Below, in pieces: positions 19,862 to 31,000 of a DNA stretch of 64,000 bases. The DNA is from Nannocystis sp. (GTDB lineage Bacteria; Myxococcota_A; Polyangia; Nannocystales; Nannocystaceae), in assembly GCF_016714285.1 (NCBI RefSeq), contig NZ_JADJNN010000008.1, positions 68,669 to 132,668 of the forward strand. Direction: 5' to 3'. Position 1 is the first letter of the stretch. Each line of letters starts with the position of its first letter. The notes under the pieces were generated by a model. It was not told the origin of the DNA and searched no databases. It worked only from the letters and a program-made list of their open reading frames with translations. The position numbers were made by a program, and so were the translations under genes.

Positions 19862-21313
19862 CTACCGCCCTTCGCGGCGCGGCGCACCCGGCAGCGTGCG
19901 TGTCATGCTCGCGACCGACGGCGCCGCAGGCCGAAGGTCCACGGCTGACCTTCGCCCGCCGCGAGTTCGGCGGCGACGCAGGCCGAGGGCGAGGGGCAGG
20001 AGGAGGGCGAGCGCGGACGGGCTGGCGTGGCGGCAGCTGCAGCCGTCGTCGCCGCTCTCCACCATCGGGTCGCCGCCGACTTCGCTGTCGACGGGGGTGG
20101 TGGTGACCGGCGGAGCTCCGGTGTCGTCGCTGGCGCTGGTGGTGGTGGGGACGCTGGTGTCGTCGTCGCCGCCGTCGCTCGAGCTGGTGTCGGCGGGGCC
20201 GGTGTCGTCGCCGGCGGTGGTGGGTGCGGGCGGGCCGACGACGGTGAAGGCGACCTGGGTCTGGCTCTGGTTGCCGACCTCGTCCTCGGCCGTGACGGTG
20301 ACCTTGTAGGCGCCCGCGGCGAGGCCCTTGAGCGGGAACTTGAGGTCGCTCGGGCTCGGGTAGTGGGCGGGGTCGAGGTTGAAGGCGCTCGGGCCCTCGC
20401 CGACGATGCCGAGGGCGAGCAGCTGCGGAGATTGTTCGTCGGCGGCCTGGATCCGGAGGTTGAAGGGGCCCTCGAGCTCGGCGTCCGCGGCGGGCTCGAC
20501 GATCTGCACGGTGGGTGGGGTGAGATCGGGGACGGAGGGGCCGAAGGTCTGGAGCAGCTCGCGGTAGCTGTTCTGCAGGTTGCCGGAGTTGCAGAACTGC
20601 AGGTGCTGCTGCTTGCACTGACCGGTGTCGGGCACGACCTGGTTGACCTGGTTGAGCTGGACGATCTGGAAGCACTCGTCCTGGTAGGTCGGGTCGGCGA
20701 CGCCTGCGGTGGTCGGGTAGAGGAGGTCGCCCGTGGAGTCGACGTGCTCGAGGCCCCAGGTGTGGGCGACCTCCTGCAGGATCGCCTTGGCGATGCTCCC
20801 GGCGCTCGGGCTGTAGTCGAGGGTGAAGCTGACCTCGCCGCCGTCGGCGTTGAAGCAGTCGATGCTGGGGGCGACGCCCGCGAAGCCACCGTCCGGCGCG
20901 GGGTCCCAGTCGCCGACCATCTCCATGTCGTAGTCGACGTTGTCGCCGGGGCGGATGTCCGTGACGCGGATGTTGAAGTCGCTGAAGTCCTTGCGGATGT
21001 ACTGGACGACCGCGGCGCGCATGGCGGCGTCGCCGGAGAAGGGCAGCACGGTGCCGTGGAAGATGACCGAGCAGTTGTTCTTGGGGTCGTTGTTACCCCA
21101 GCCGCAGCCGTTCATCTTGCCGCCGTCGTAGTTGACGTAGAGAAGGCCGGGCTGGGCTGCGAGAGGGGGCGGAGCGTCCGCGTTCAGGACCTGGGGGCGG
21201 TACCACGGCGCGGAGGTGGGGATCGCGGTGGTGAGCTCATCTGGCGCACCGAGGGCTGGGTTCGCTGCCAGACAGGTGAGGAGGAACGGCAGGACTGTGA
21301 GGCGCGGCAGCAT
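19862..21313 (-). CDS. secreted metzincin-like protein (QEVAHTWGLEH) with MYXO-CTERM; paralog B
   Basis: The signal peptide is MLPRLTVLPFLLTCLAANPALGA. It shares long blocks with paralog A (LLYVNYDG, AHTWGLEHV, NSYRELL). The C-terminus is GCSCRHASPSALALLLPLALGLRRRR. Confidence 0.65.
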   Translation of the reverse strand: MLPRLTVLPFLLTCLAANPALGAPDELTTAIPTSAPWYRPQVLNADAPPPLAAQPGLLYVNYDGGKMNGCGWGNNDPKNNCSVIFHGTVLPFSGDAAMRAAVVQYIRKDFSDFNIRVTDIRPGDNVDYDMEMVGDWDPAPDGGFAGVAPSIDCFNADGGEVSFTLDYSPSAGSIAKAILQEVAHTWGLEHVDSTGDLLYPTTAGVADPTYQDECFQIVQLNQVNQVVPDTGQCKQQHLQFCNSGNLQNSYRELLQTFGPSVPDLTPPTVQIVEPAADAELEGPFNLRIQAADEQSPQLLALGIVGEGPSAFNLDPAHYPSPSDLKFPLKGLAAGAYKVTVTAEDEVGNQSQTQVAFTVVGPPAPTTAGDDTGPADTSSSDGGDDDTSVPTTTSASDDTGAPPVTTTPVDSEVGGDPMVESGDDGCSCRHASPSALALLLPLALGLRRRRTRGGRRSAVDLRPAAPSVASMTRTLPGAPRREGR

Positions 21314-21382
21314 CGGGAGGCACCGTATCACGGCTGGCCGCCGGTTTCGCAACGTGCGCGATGTGACCTGGCCCGCGCCCGA

Positions 21383-22213
21383 TCAGGCGGGGTCGACGAG
21401 ACGGCGGGTGAACTCGGGGAGGGCAAAGGCGGCGCGGGCGATCGCAGGGTTGAAGTAGTTGCAGCGCAGGGCCTGGGCGCGGCGCTCGTCGAGGGTCGCG
21501 GGGCTGCGATCGTCGCTGGCGAGGGCGAAGGTCCAGCAACCACCGGGATAGGTGGGGATGTTGCCGATGTAGCCGTGGACCTCGCGGAACACGCCGCGCA
21601 GCTCGTTGAAGACGGCGCGGACGGTGGCAGCCGCGTAGAAGGGCGACTCGGTCTGGGCGCTGATCACCCCGCCAGGACGCAGGGCCTGGCGCAGGTCGGC
21701 GAAGAAGCTGCCCGCGAACAGGCCCGCGGCGAGACCGATCGGCTCCGAGGAGTCGACCAGGGCGGCGTCGAAGGTGCCGGCGTGGCTGCGGACGTAGTCG
21801 ACGGCGTCGCTGAAGACGAGCTCGACCCGCGGGTCGTCGAGGTGGCCGGCGACCGAGGGGATCCATCGCTGGCAGACGCGGGTGACTCGCTCGTCGATCT
21901 CGCAGAGGACCACGCGCTCGACCCCGGGGTGCTTGAGGACCTCGCGCACAGTGCCACCGTCGCCGCCGCCGACCACGAGCACCTGGCGTGGAGCCGCATG
22001 CACGCACAGCGGGATGTGCGTAATGAGGTCGTGGTACACGAACTCGTCGAGCTCGGTGAGCATGACCATGTCGTCGAGCAGGAGCAGACGACCGTGGCCG
22101 ACGGTGTCGTAGACCTTGATGTCCTGGAAGGCGCTCTGCTCGTGGTGCCGCAGCTCGGTGATGTGGATGCCGATCGCGGAGATGTCGTGGTAGGGCTCGT
22201 AGAACCAGGGCAT
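21383..22213 (-). CDS. speE: polyamine aminopropyltransferase (spermidine synthase)
   Basis: Matches the SpeE family: MPWFYE...VLVVGGGDGGTVREVLKH...VLCEIDERV...DSSEPIG. Confidence 0.85.
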   Translation of the reverse strand: MPWFYEPYHDISAIGIHITELRHHEQSAFQDIKVYDTVGHGRLLLLDDMVMLTELDEFVYHDLITHIPLCVHAAPRQVLVVGGGDGGTVREVLKHPGVERVVLCEIDERVTRVCQRWIPSVAGHLDDPRVELVFSDAVDYVRSHAGTFDAALVDSSEPIGLAAGLFAGSFFADLRQALRPGGVISAQTESPFYAAATVRAVFNELRGVFREVHGYIGNIPTYPGGCWTFALASDDRSPATLDERRAQALRCNYFNPAIARAAFALPEFTRRLVDPA

Positions 22214-22337
22214 GGGCGTTAACGGGGCCGGGCAGGCGGCGGGGTCTTACCCTGCCCCTGCCCGGGACTCAAGCGCGGCCGGCCGGAGGCCGGATCGACC
22301 GCCTCGGTCGACCCAGGCCCCGGACGGGGCCGTGAGG

Positions 22338-24689
22338 CTAATGCAGCCAGCGGCCGCGGCGATCGTTGGCCTCGCTGTCGTCCTCGCTGGTGGGCTCCTC
22401 GACCTCGGCAGCGGCGGCGGCCTGGGCCCGGTCACGCTCGCGGAGGAGGGCGGTCAGGATGAGGCCGAAGCCGGAGCCCCACACGAGGATCATCAGGGCG
22501 ACCCAGTAGGGGGAGGCATTCATGCCGTAGAGGAAGGGCAGGCCGGGGCTGTGGGTGATGGCGACGTGGTCGACCTCGAGGCGGTAGACCAGGACGGCGA
22601 AGGCGATCTGGACGACCAGCAGGGCGCCGGTGGCCATGCTGATGCCGAGCTTGCCGTCGCGGCGACGCGAGCTGAGGAGCAGGCCGGCGACGGCCGTCTC
22701 GGCGACCAGGATGACCTGGGCCAGCGTGGCCCACATGACCTCGGACTGCTCACCGTTGAGGCCCGAGCTGGCCATGACGTTGGTGTAGGCCATGCCGACG
22801 ACCAGCATGGTCAGGGCCAGTACGCCCTGGAAGCGGAGGAAGGCGCTGCGGGCCTCGATGTGGCTTGGTACGGCGTGAGCGCGGGCCGGGCGGCGCAGGC
22901 TGGCGACCAGCAGCCAGCCGAGCAACGGCAGGAGGAAGGCGCTGGCGAGGAAGGTGACGAGGTTCAGGCTGTCGAAGCTCTGGGTGTTGATGCGGGCCGA
23001 GAGGTCGACCATGGCGAGGGCGGAGCAGCCGATGCTGGCGATCGCGAGGGCGATGCCCTCGGCCGGACGGAACAACGGGGCCCAGGCCTGCTCGACGCGC
23101 CGGCGCCAGCTCATCAGGCAGATGCCGGCGATCATCAGCTGGGTGAGGAGCGCGTAGCCCAGCATGGTCGGGCCGAGCTCGGGGTCGGAGGCGATGGCGA
23201 GGTTCTCGCTGCCGGGCAGGCCGGACAGGCCGACGACGGCGCCGAGCGAGGCGGGCAGCGGCCCGAGCAGGAGGCCAGCGCTGGCCATGTTGGCGCCGAC
23301 CAGAGTGCCGCCGACGATGCCGGTGCCGGCGATGCCGAGCGCCATGAGGGCGCCGACCAGGAGGGCGTTGACGCGGTGGCCGAGGGCGTCACCGATGCCG
23401 ATCGCGGTGAGGTGGGTGGCCGCCGCGAGCACGCTGATGAGGGCGAGCGGCATGAGCAGCGCGGTCGGTCCGGCGGTGAGGCCGAGGATGACGGTGCTGA
23501 TGAGCAGGAGGATGCCGCCGCCGAGCATGGCGAAGACGTTGGGCCCGAGGGTCATGGCCAGAGCCAGGTCGCCAGCGGAGAGGCCGGTCATGCGCAGGAC
23601 CGGCAGGGTGCCGGCCTCACGCTCGCGGGCGGTGTGCGTGGCGGTGATGACCGGGCCGACGAGCAGGAGCATCAACGAGGCGAAGCCGAGGAGGACCGAG
23701 CCGAGCAGCTGCCAGCGCTGGCTGTCGTCGACCGGGGAACGGTAGCGGACGCTGGGCTTCTGGATGCTGGTGAATTCGGCGATCGGGTCGACCAGGCCGT
23801 TCTGCCAGATCTTGTCGTCCTTGCGGAAGACGGCCTCTGCGAGGGTCTTGGCGTTTGTTTGGGCGAGGCCGGCGAGGCTCTGCGAGACCGTGGGCAGGCC
23901 GCCGGAGCTGAGCACCCAGCTGGCCAACTCGCCACCGGCGCCATAAGGATCGCCGTTGAAGAGGTCGGCCCAGAGGGCCTGCCGGTCGGTGCCGCTGGTG
24001 TCGATGGCGAAGCCGGCGTCGCGGCGGGCGAGGCGGTCGAGGCGATCGGCGTGGCCAAGGAGCTGACGGCGCTGGGCCTCGATCTCGCGGAGCAGGACGA
24101 TGTTGGCGCCGTCGATCTTGCCGTCGTGCACCTCGAAGGTGGAGGCGGCGACTTGCAGCGCCGAGCTGCGCTGGAGGTCCTCGTCGCGGGTGGTCAGCGG
24201 GCGGAGGTCGATGGTGGTGAGGAGGAGGTCCGAGAGGTCCTTACGGCCGCCCAGGAGGTCGCCCTCGAGGTCGACGGTCTGGGTCTTGAGGATCGACTCG
24301 GCGGCGCTGAGGTTGGCGAGGCCCTGGTCGACGCGGGCGCGGAGCTCGTGGAGGATCGCCACGCGGACGCGCTGCTGGGCCTGGAACTCGCGGTCGACGT
24401 TGGTTTGATCGCGGTCGTCGTACGAGCAGATTGGCTGTCCAGGGCCATCGCAGACCGCGAAGCGGTGCTCCATGCCGAGGGCTACGCGCACGTCCTGGGC
24501 GGCGGGGCTGTCCATCCGCGTCAGGGCGGAGGTGCCGAGCCAGGTCAGCCCGCTGAGCAGGGTGGCGGCGACCACAGCCGAGAGGACGCGAGGTTTGAGG
24601 TCACGGCGCAGAAACGGCCGCAGACGCTGGAGGAGGGGGCGCGGCCCGTGTGCGGCGCGCGAAGGAGTAGTTTGATGATCGTCGTGCAC
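22338..24689 (-). CDS. large polytopic membrane protein (N-terminal TM, ~300-aa extracytoplasmic domain, then >=8 TM); ABC-2/YhgE-Pip-like topology, function unknown
   Basis: Read from its hydrophobicity pattern. No ATPase partner is adjacent. The start is uncertain: GTG at 24689 is proposed, because the ATG at 24878 would overlap the divergent phosphohexomutase gene. Confidence 0.45.
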   Translation of the reverse strand: MHDDHQTTPSRAAHGPRPLLQRLRPFLRRDLKPRVLSAVVAATLLSGLTWLGTSALTRMDSPAAQDVRVALGMEHRFAVCDGPGQPICSYDDRDQTNVDREFQAQQRVRVAILHELRARVDQGLANLSAAESILKTQTVDLEGDLLGGRKDLSDLLLTTIDLRPLTTRDEDLQRSSALQVAASTFEVHDGKIDGANIVLLREIEAQRRQLLGHADRLDRLARRDAGFAIDTSGTDRQALWADLFNGDPYGAGGELASWVLSSGGLPTVSQSLAGLAQTNAKTLAEAVFRKDDKIWQNGLVDPIAEFTSIQKPSVRYRSPVDDSQRWQLLGSVLLGFASLMLLLVGPVITATHTAREREAGTLPVLRMTGLSAGDLALAMTLGPNVFAMLGGGILLLISTVILGLTAGPTALLMPLALISVLAAATHLTAIGIGDALGHRVNALLVGALMALGIAGTGIVGGTLVGANMASAGLLLGPLPASLGAVVGLSGLPGSENLAIASDPELGPTMLGYALLTQLMIAGICLMSWRRRVEQAWAPLFRPAEGIALAIASIGCSALAMVDLSARINTQSFDSLNLVTFLASAFLLPLLGWLLVASLRRPARAHAVPSHIEARSAFLRFQGVLALTMLVVGMAYTNVMASSGLNGEQSEVMWATLAQVILVAETAVAGLLLSSRRRDGKLGISMATGALLVVQIAFAVLVYRLEVDHVAITHSPGLPFLYGMNASPYWVALMILVWGSGFGLILTALLRERDRAQAAAAAEVEEPTSEDDSEANDRRGRWLH

Positions 24690-24819
24690 GATGGACCCGC
24701 CTTGCTCAACTGGTCGACCAGACAACCGGAAGCACTTGAGTGTTCCATGGAACGACGCGCGCGAGGAGATGATTTCACCGCGCAGCAAGTTCTGTGCAGT
24801 TTGAGGTAGGATTTCGCCC

Positions 24820-26638
24820 GTGACCGACGCATCACACAGCCACCTCGACTCCCTCAACCTGGGGCTGCCCGCCGACACCGAGCGGGCGGTCCGCCGGTGG
24901 ATCGATGATCCTCATTATGCGAGCGAGCGACCGGCGCTCGATGCCCTGCTCGCGGAGGTCGCGGGGGGCTCGGACGCGGCTCGGGCCGAGCTCCTGGATG
25001 CGTTCTCGCAGGTGCTCCCGATCGGGACCGGGGGCCGGCGCGGTCGGGTCGGGCCAGGGCCCAATCGGATGAACTCGGTGGTGGTGCGCGAGACGGCCCA
25101 GGGGGTGGTCGACGCGTTGCGTGCGGCCGGGGACACACCCCAGGTGGCGATCGTCTACGACACGCGGATGCACTCGCGCCAGTTCGCCTATGCGGTTGCC
25201 GAGGAGTGTGCGGCCGGCGGGCTGACGGTGATCCTCCTGGATGCGCCGCGACCGACGCCCGAGCTGTCGTTCCTCGTGCGACGCATGGGATGTGGCGCGG
25301 GCGTCGTGGTGAGCGCCAGTCACAACCCGCCGGAGGACAACGGGATCAAGATCTACGGACCGGACGGGGCGCAAGTGCTTGGGGCGCGCGACACGGCGCT
25401 GATGCGGGCGATCCTCGCGGCGGGGGATGGGACATCGGGGCGGGTCGGCGTGGCGCGGGGGCTCATCCATGTGATCGCGCCAGAACAGGTGCTGGAGTGA
25501 GGCGGACCGGCCGTACCACGACTATGTGCTGGCGCAGGGCGTGGTCCCGGGGTCGCTCGAGGCGCGGGGCTTCTCGCTGGTGTTCACGCCGCTGCATGGG
25601 GTCGGGCACACCAGCGCGGGCGAGGTGCTCAAGGCCCGTGGTCTGACCGTGCACCTGGTCGCGGTCCAGTGTGATCCGGACGGCGGACGGTTCTCGACCG
25701 TGGCGTCGGCCAACCCGGAGCTGCCGGTGTCGATGGCGATGGGGGTGGCGCTGGCGGAGTCGGTGGGGGCGCAGCTGGTGCTGGCCACTGATCCGGACGC
25801 GGACCGGCTCGGGGCGACCGTTCGTGGCCGGGATGGCGGGATGGTGGCCATCGACGGCAATCGCCTCGGGGTGCTGATGCTCGACCATGTGCTCGACAAC
25901 ATGGCCGGGCGGCTGCCGCCGAACGGTTGGGTGCTGACGACGCTGGTGACCACGCCCCTGCTCGCGGCGATGGCACGGGCACACGGGGTCGAGGTGGTCG
26001 ACGATCTCCTGGTGGGGTTCAAGCATCACGCCGGGATGATGGCTGAACGTCCAGAGAAGACTCTGATTTTTGGCTGCGAAGAGAGTCACGGCTATGTCCG
26101 GGGGGACGACATCCGCGACAAGGATGGGGCGATCGCAGCGTTGTTGCTGGCGGAGTGCGCTGCGGTGGCCCATGCCGAGGGACGCACGCTGTTCGATAAC
26201 CTCGAGAGGATCTGGTGCCGTTACGGGTATCACCTCGAAAAGACAGCTAATTTGGTGGCGCCTGGCCTCGCTGGTCGGCGCGCCATTTCGCATGTGATGG
26301 AGACCTGGCGAGCGGCGCCTCCGGCAGGCTTCGCCGGGCTGGCGGTCGTTCGGGTCGATGACCGCTCGCAGCCGCGGAGCACCGGTTCGGTCACCCGCGA
26401 CCTGCCCGGCGACGTGCTCAGCTTTGAGCTCGAGGGGGACGGTCGTGGCTGTCGGGTGGTGCTGCGGCCGAGTGGGACGGAGCCCAAGTTGAAGGTCTAT
26501 GCGCTGGCCCGCAGCGCCGCCAACTTGCCGCTGGACCAGCTCGCGGCGGTGAGGTTGGACATCGACGGGCTGATTGAACGGGTGCTGCGCGAGGCAGAGG
26601 CGGCCGCGCGAGCGATCATGCAGCCGCTGTTGGCCTGA
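24820..26638 (+). CDS. alpha-D-phosphohexomutase (phosphomannomutase/phosphoglucomutase), interrupted: frame 1 (24820-25500) ends at a TGA, and the remainder is in frame 2 from 25526
   Basis: The N-terminal part has the active-site Ser loop VVVSASHNPPEDNGIK. The C-terminal part has FTPLHGVG, the metal-binding DPDADR, GCEESHGY and the phosphate loop RPSGTEPK. Removing the single t in ctggagTgaggcg gives ...IAPEQVLEEADRPYHDYVLAQ..., a smooth join. Confidence 0.75.
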
Positions 26639-26651
26639 GCTAGGGGGAGAT

Positions 26652-27962
26652 GTGAGGCGGTGGATCGCAGGGCTCTCGCTGGTGCTGGCGGCGCTGCTTC
26701 TGTGGTTGTGGTGGAGTGATGTGCCGGTGGGCAAGGCCGGTTCCGGCAAGCGCACCGGCCGGCGGTCGGCCGTGGCCGGCGGGTCGGCGAGCGGGTCGAT
26801 GGGGATCGGGAGCCGTGGTGAGGCGGATCGCAGCGGCGTTGGCCAGGTGCGGGGGCGGATCGTCGACAGCGACGGGATGCCGGTGACCGACGGGCGGGTG
26901 ATCCTTCATTGTCTGCCGAGGGGGGGGTCGCACAGCTTCCCGATCGACGCCGGGGTGGTCGAGGTCGGCGAGGAGGGGCAGTTCGTCGGGCCCGGTTGCC
27001 GGGGCCTGGTCTGCGCTGAATTCCGCCATACGCACCTGTTGCCGCGCGAGCCGTGGGTGTTCGAGCCGAATCAGAGCGAGCAGATGGTGACGGCGCGGCC
27101 GCTGGAGCGGATCGTCGGGACTGTGGTCGACGTGGAGGGACAGCCGGTGGCCGGGGCCCGCCTGATGGTCCGGCGCGGGAGCGACGACGACCCGACCGCG
27201 CTGCCGCCGTTTACGACCAGCACCACGACGAGCGACGCGGAGGGGGGCTTTGGCTTCGCCCGCGTCGAGCGGCCGCCCTGTGATCCCTGCGGGGAGGCCA
27301 GCGGGCGCTGTGAAGTCGGCGATGCGGCGGAGGTGCCGGCCTACAACGCGCTGGTGCTCGTGGCTCGCGCCCCCGGGTTTCGTAGCGTCGAGCGAGCCGT
27401 CGAGCTCGGGCAGGAGGACTGGCAGGTGACCCTGTTGCCGCCGTTGCCGGCGCTGCGGGGTACGGTACGGGATGCGGAGGGTCGGGCGTACCCGCGGGCG
27501 CGCGTGCTGGCGCGCTCGCATGTGCGCGGATACGAGGTGCACCAGGCGGTGGTGAAGGACGGGAGCTTCGCGCTGGCCGAGCTGGGGGAGGGGGGCTACG
27601 ACCTGCGGGTGCTCCAGGACGGGGTCACTCTGGCGACGGCGAACGAGGTGGACGCGGGGACCGAGGTGACGCTGGTCGGCGATCGTCCGGCAGAGGGACC
27701 GACCCTGGTAATTGAGGTTGTGCGGCGCGACGGCGGGGATGGGGTGGCCGGGGCGCTGGTCGATGGTGGGCCGTTTGCGGGCGCCCGCACGGACGCAGAC
27801 GGACGGGTGCAGGCGGAGGATGTGGCGCCGGGTCGCTATGCGCTGGTCATCCGGGCTCCTGGCTCGGGGACGCAGCGGCGCGAGATCGAGGTAGCGGCGG
27901 GAGCCGGCGAGGCGGGCGGAGCGATCGTCCACCGAGTCGACATCGTGTACGACGCGCCCTAG
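26652..27962 (+). CDS. membrane-anchored protein with carboxypeptidase-regulatory-like (CarbopepD_reg/Cna-B-like) beta-sandwich repeats
   Basis: A GTG start lies 14 nt after the phosphohexomutase stop. The protein has an N-terminal TM (IAGLSLVLAALLLWLWW) and repeats of the type GRIVDSDGMPVTDGRV, GTVVDVEGQPVAGARL, GTVRDAEGRAYPRARV and DADGRVQAEDVAPGRYALVI. Confidence 0.55.
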   Translation: MRRWIAGLSLVLAALLLWLWWSDVPVGKAGSGKRTGRRSAVAGGSASGSMGIGSRGEADRSGVGQVRGRIVDSDGMPVTDGRVILHCLPRGGSHSFPIDAGVVEVGEEGQFVGPGCRGLVCAEFRHTHLLPREPWVFEPNQSEQMVTARPLERIVGTVVDVEGQPVAGARLMVRRGSDDDPTALPPFTTSTTTSDAEGGFGFARVERPPCDPCGEASGRCEVGDAAEVPAYNALVLVARAPGFRSVERAVELGQEDWQVTLLPPLPALRGTVRDAEGRAYPRARVLARSHVRGYEVHQAVVKDGSFALAELGEGGYDLRVLQDGVTLATANEVDAGTEVTLVGDRPAEGPTLVIEVVRRDGGDGVAGALVDGGPFAGARTDADGRVQAEDVAPGRYALVIRAPGSGTQRREIEVAAGAGEAGGAIVHRVDIVYDAP

Positions 27963-28090
27963 GCGTGCGCGACGAGGACGATCGTCCGGGTCGACATCGT
28001 GTACGACGCGCCCTAGGCGTGCGCGACGAGGACGATCGTCCGGGTCGACATCGTGTACAACGCGCCCTAGGCGTGCGCGACGAGGCAGCG
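27936..28090. repeat. 54-bp tandem repeat x~2.8 spanning the stop of the CarbopepD-like gene and the start of the kinase gene; each copy contains ...GTGTACGACGCGCCCTAGGCGTGCGC (stop TAG, then 2 nt, then GTG)
   Basis: gtcgacatcgtgtac recurs with a 54-bp period (about 27936, 27990, 28044). The third copy diverges after cgacgagg. Confidence 0.8.
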
Positions 28091-31000
28091 ACCCATCATG
28101 ACGAGTTCCCGCGGGGCTTCGGGAAGTTCGTACTGCTCCGCGAGATGGCCCGCGGGGGGATGGGCGCGCTGTACCTCGCGGCGGCTGGCGAGCATGGCGG
28201 GCTCGAGAAGCTGTGCGTGGTCAAGACCTTGCTCGCCGACGCCGATGCTGATGAGGACGGCGCGCTCGGTCGCCGCTTCTTCGATGAGGCTCGTGTGGTC
28301 GTGCGCCTGAATCACGCCAACCTCGTACAGGTGTTCGATGTCGGGGCCGTGGAGGGTCAGCTCTACCTGGCGATGGAGCTGGTGGACGGGAAGGACCTGC
28401 GGGCGGTGTGGAACCGCTGCGCACAGCTGCAGCGGCGGATCCCGGTCGACATCGCGGTGTTCGTGGTCCGCGAGCTGCTCCGCGGGCTGGCGTATGTGCA
28501 CGACGCGATGGGGCTCGGCTTGGTCCATCGTGACATCTCACCGCCGAACATCCTGGTCGGCTACCGCGGCGAGGTGAAGCTGACGGACTTCGGTCTGGCG
28601 AAGAGCGTGCTGCGCTCGGAGATCACGAGCCCGGGGCGGGTGCTCGGCCGCTTCAACTACCTCTCGCCGGAGCAGGCCCGGGGTCAGGCGGTCGACCGGC
28701 GCACCGACATTTATGCGGCGGGGATCGTGCTCTGGGAATTACTCACGGGGCGGCAGTTGTTCTCCGCGAGCGTGGCGAGCCACGGCGCGACGCTCGCGGC
28801 CGCCCGTGACCCGTTCGTGCGGGCGCCCTCGGAGCTGGTCCCTGAGATACCGGATGGCCTCGACTCGATCGTGTTGCGGGCCCTCGGGACCGAGCGAGAG
28901 CAGCGCTATCAGACGGCGGACCGCTTCCGTGCGAGCCTTTCGGAGATCCTCGCGCGAAATTATCCGAGCTGTGATACGGACCGGATTGGCGGGTTTATGC
29001 GCGACATCTTCGCGCGAGACCACAAATTTGAGACTCACGACTACGCGAGCTACGTTCGCGAAGATTTCTCCAGGGTCCGGGAGCAAGGTCGGGGGCAGGA
29101 TGCCGTCAGCCTTTCGGACTCCATGGACATCCCACGCCGGGGCCGACGGGCAGCAAGCGAGAGCAGGATGGCGGATATCGAGGAAATGGGCCTTCTCAGC
29201 GGCCACACAGCGAAGCCCACGGCGTCGACCCGGGAGGAGGCAGAACAGCGCTGGGGTACCGTCGTCGCCGGTCGTTACCGGGTCGAGGACCTGCAGGTCT
29301 TCGACGGCATGGGCGCGCTGTATCGGGCCCGCGACACCGAGCGTGGGGTTCCGTGTGCGCTGCGCGTGCTGCCGGAGATCTATGCCCGCGAACCGGAGGT
29401 GATGGCCCGCTTCATGGCCGACGCCCAGGCGGCGCAGGAGCTCAAGCACCCGAACATCGCGCAGGTGTTCGACATCGGCAAGCTCGACGACGGGGCCGTG
29501 TACGCGGTGACCGAGCTGCTCGATGGCCAGAGCCTGGCGACGATCATCCAGGAGGAAGGTCGCATCTCGCCAGGGCGGGCCGTCCACGTGGCCAGCCAGG
29601 TGTGCCGCGCGCTGGGCACGGCGCACGAGTCGGGGATCATCCACCGCGACTTCAAGCCCAGCAACATCGTGCTGGTGGCGCAGGAGGGCGACCTCGACTT
29701 CGTGAAGGTCGTCGACTTCGGCATCTGCTCGCACGTCGACAGCGAGCCGTCGACGACCACCTCACAGCAGGAGTTGATCATCGGCTCGCCCGATTACATG
29801 GCCCCCGAGCAGGCCGCTGGCGCCGAGGCCAACCCGGCGTGTGACATCTACGCGCTCGGGGCGGTGCTGTTCGAGACGCTGAGCGGGCGTCTGCCGTACA
29901 AGGGGCGCAACGCGATCGACGTGCTGATCCAGAAGGGTGCACGCGACGCGCCCCGGGTCACGGATGTGGCGCCGGACGTGCCCGAGGGGCTCGCCGACGT
30001 GATCGCGGCCTGCCTGTCGCGGCGACCCGAGGAGCGGCCGTCGTCGATGCGGGTGCTCGAGGTTGAGCTGCTGCGGGCGCTCGACAGCAAGGCGCCGCGA
30101 CCGGTGAAGAGCGCCGTCGCGGCGGCGCTGGCTGGCGCCGGGGTGCCCCGTTTGGACACGTCGGAGCGATCGGCGAACCTGCCGTTACCGCCTCCGCCGG
30201 AGAGCGCGTCGAGCTCGTCGATGCGGGCGCCGGTCAGCAACGAGGCGTCGGCCTCGGGGCCACGCACGGGCCCGGCGAGCGGCCCCAGCGGGCTGACGCC
30301 GGTGACGGCGATGCGAGAGGAGCGTCGGGAGCCATCGTCAGTGCAGCGGCCGCCTGAGCCGCTGGTCGAGCGACCGACCCAGCAGGACGTCGTCGAGCCG
30401 GTGCAGCAGAGCTCGAACGGTTGGTTGTGGCTGGTGGCCGGCGGCACGCTGATCATCGCGGCGGTGCTGCTGTACCCGCAGCTGTTCGGCGGCGGTCCGG
30501 TGCCGCCAAAGCCCGACGCCAAGGGTGGCGAGGTCGTGGTGAAGACCAGCGCCGATGTGGCCGAGCCCGATGAGCCCGACACGGTCGAGCCGGAGCCGCC
30601 GGTCCCACCACCGGCACCGACGCACGACCCGATGGTGATCGTGACCCGCGCCGAGCTCGCGCTGGGGGAGGGCCGGCTGACTGCGCCGGCGGGCAACAAC
30701 CTCTCGGAGTACCTGCAGCAGCTGGCCACGCTCGACGCGGGCAACGAGGCGATCGCTCGCCTTCGCGGCAAGGCGGTCGAGGGCCTGCTGGCGAAGGGCA
30801 GCAAGGAGCTGGCCGACAAGCACGCGCACGAGGCCGCGGCCTTCCTGCGCGAGCTGTTCGTGCTGGCCCCGGACAACAAGGACGCGATCGCACCGTTCAC
30901 GGAGGCCGTGCTCACCGAGAGCAGGATCTTGCGCCACATGAAGGCGTGGGACGAGATCCTGCCGCTGATCGAGGAGGTCACGAAGGTTAACCCCAAGAGC

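Noticed and set aside
27936-28090. Possible CRISPR array (regular direct repeats)
   Set aside because: The repeats are contiguous with no unique spacers, and they are protein-coding junction duplications. No cas genes are nearby. The same reasoning applies to the 36-, 24-, 80-, 69- and 39-bp repeats.
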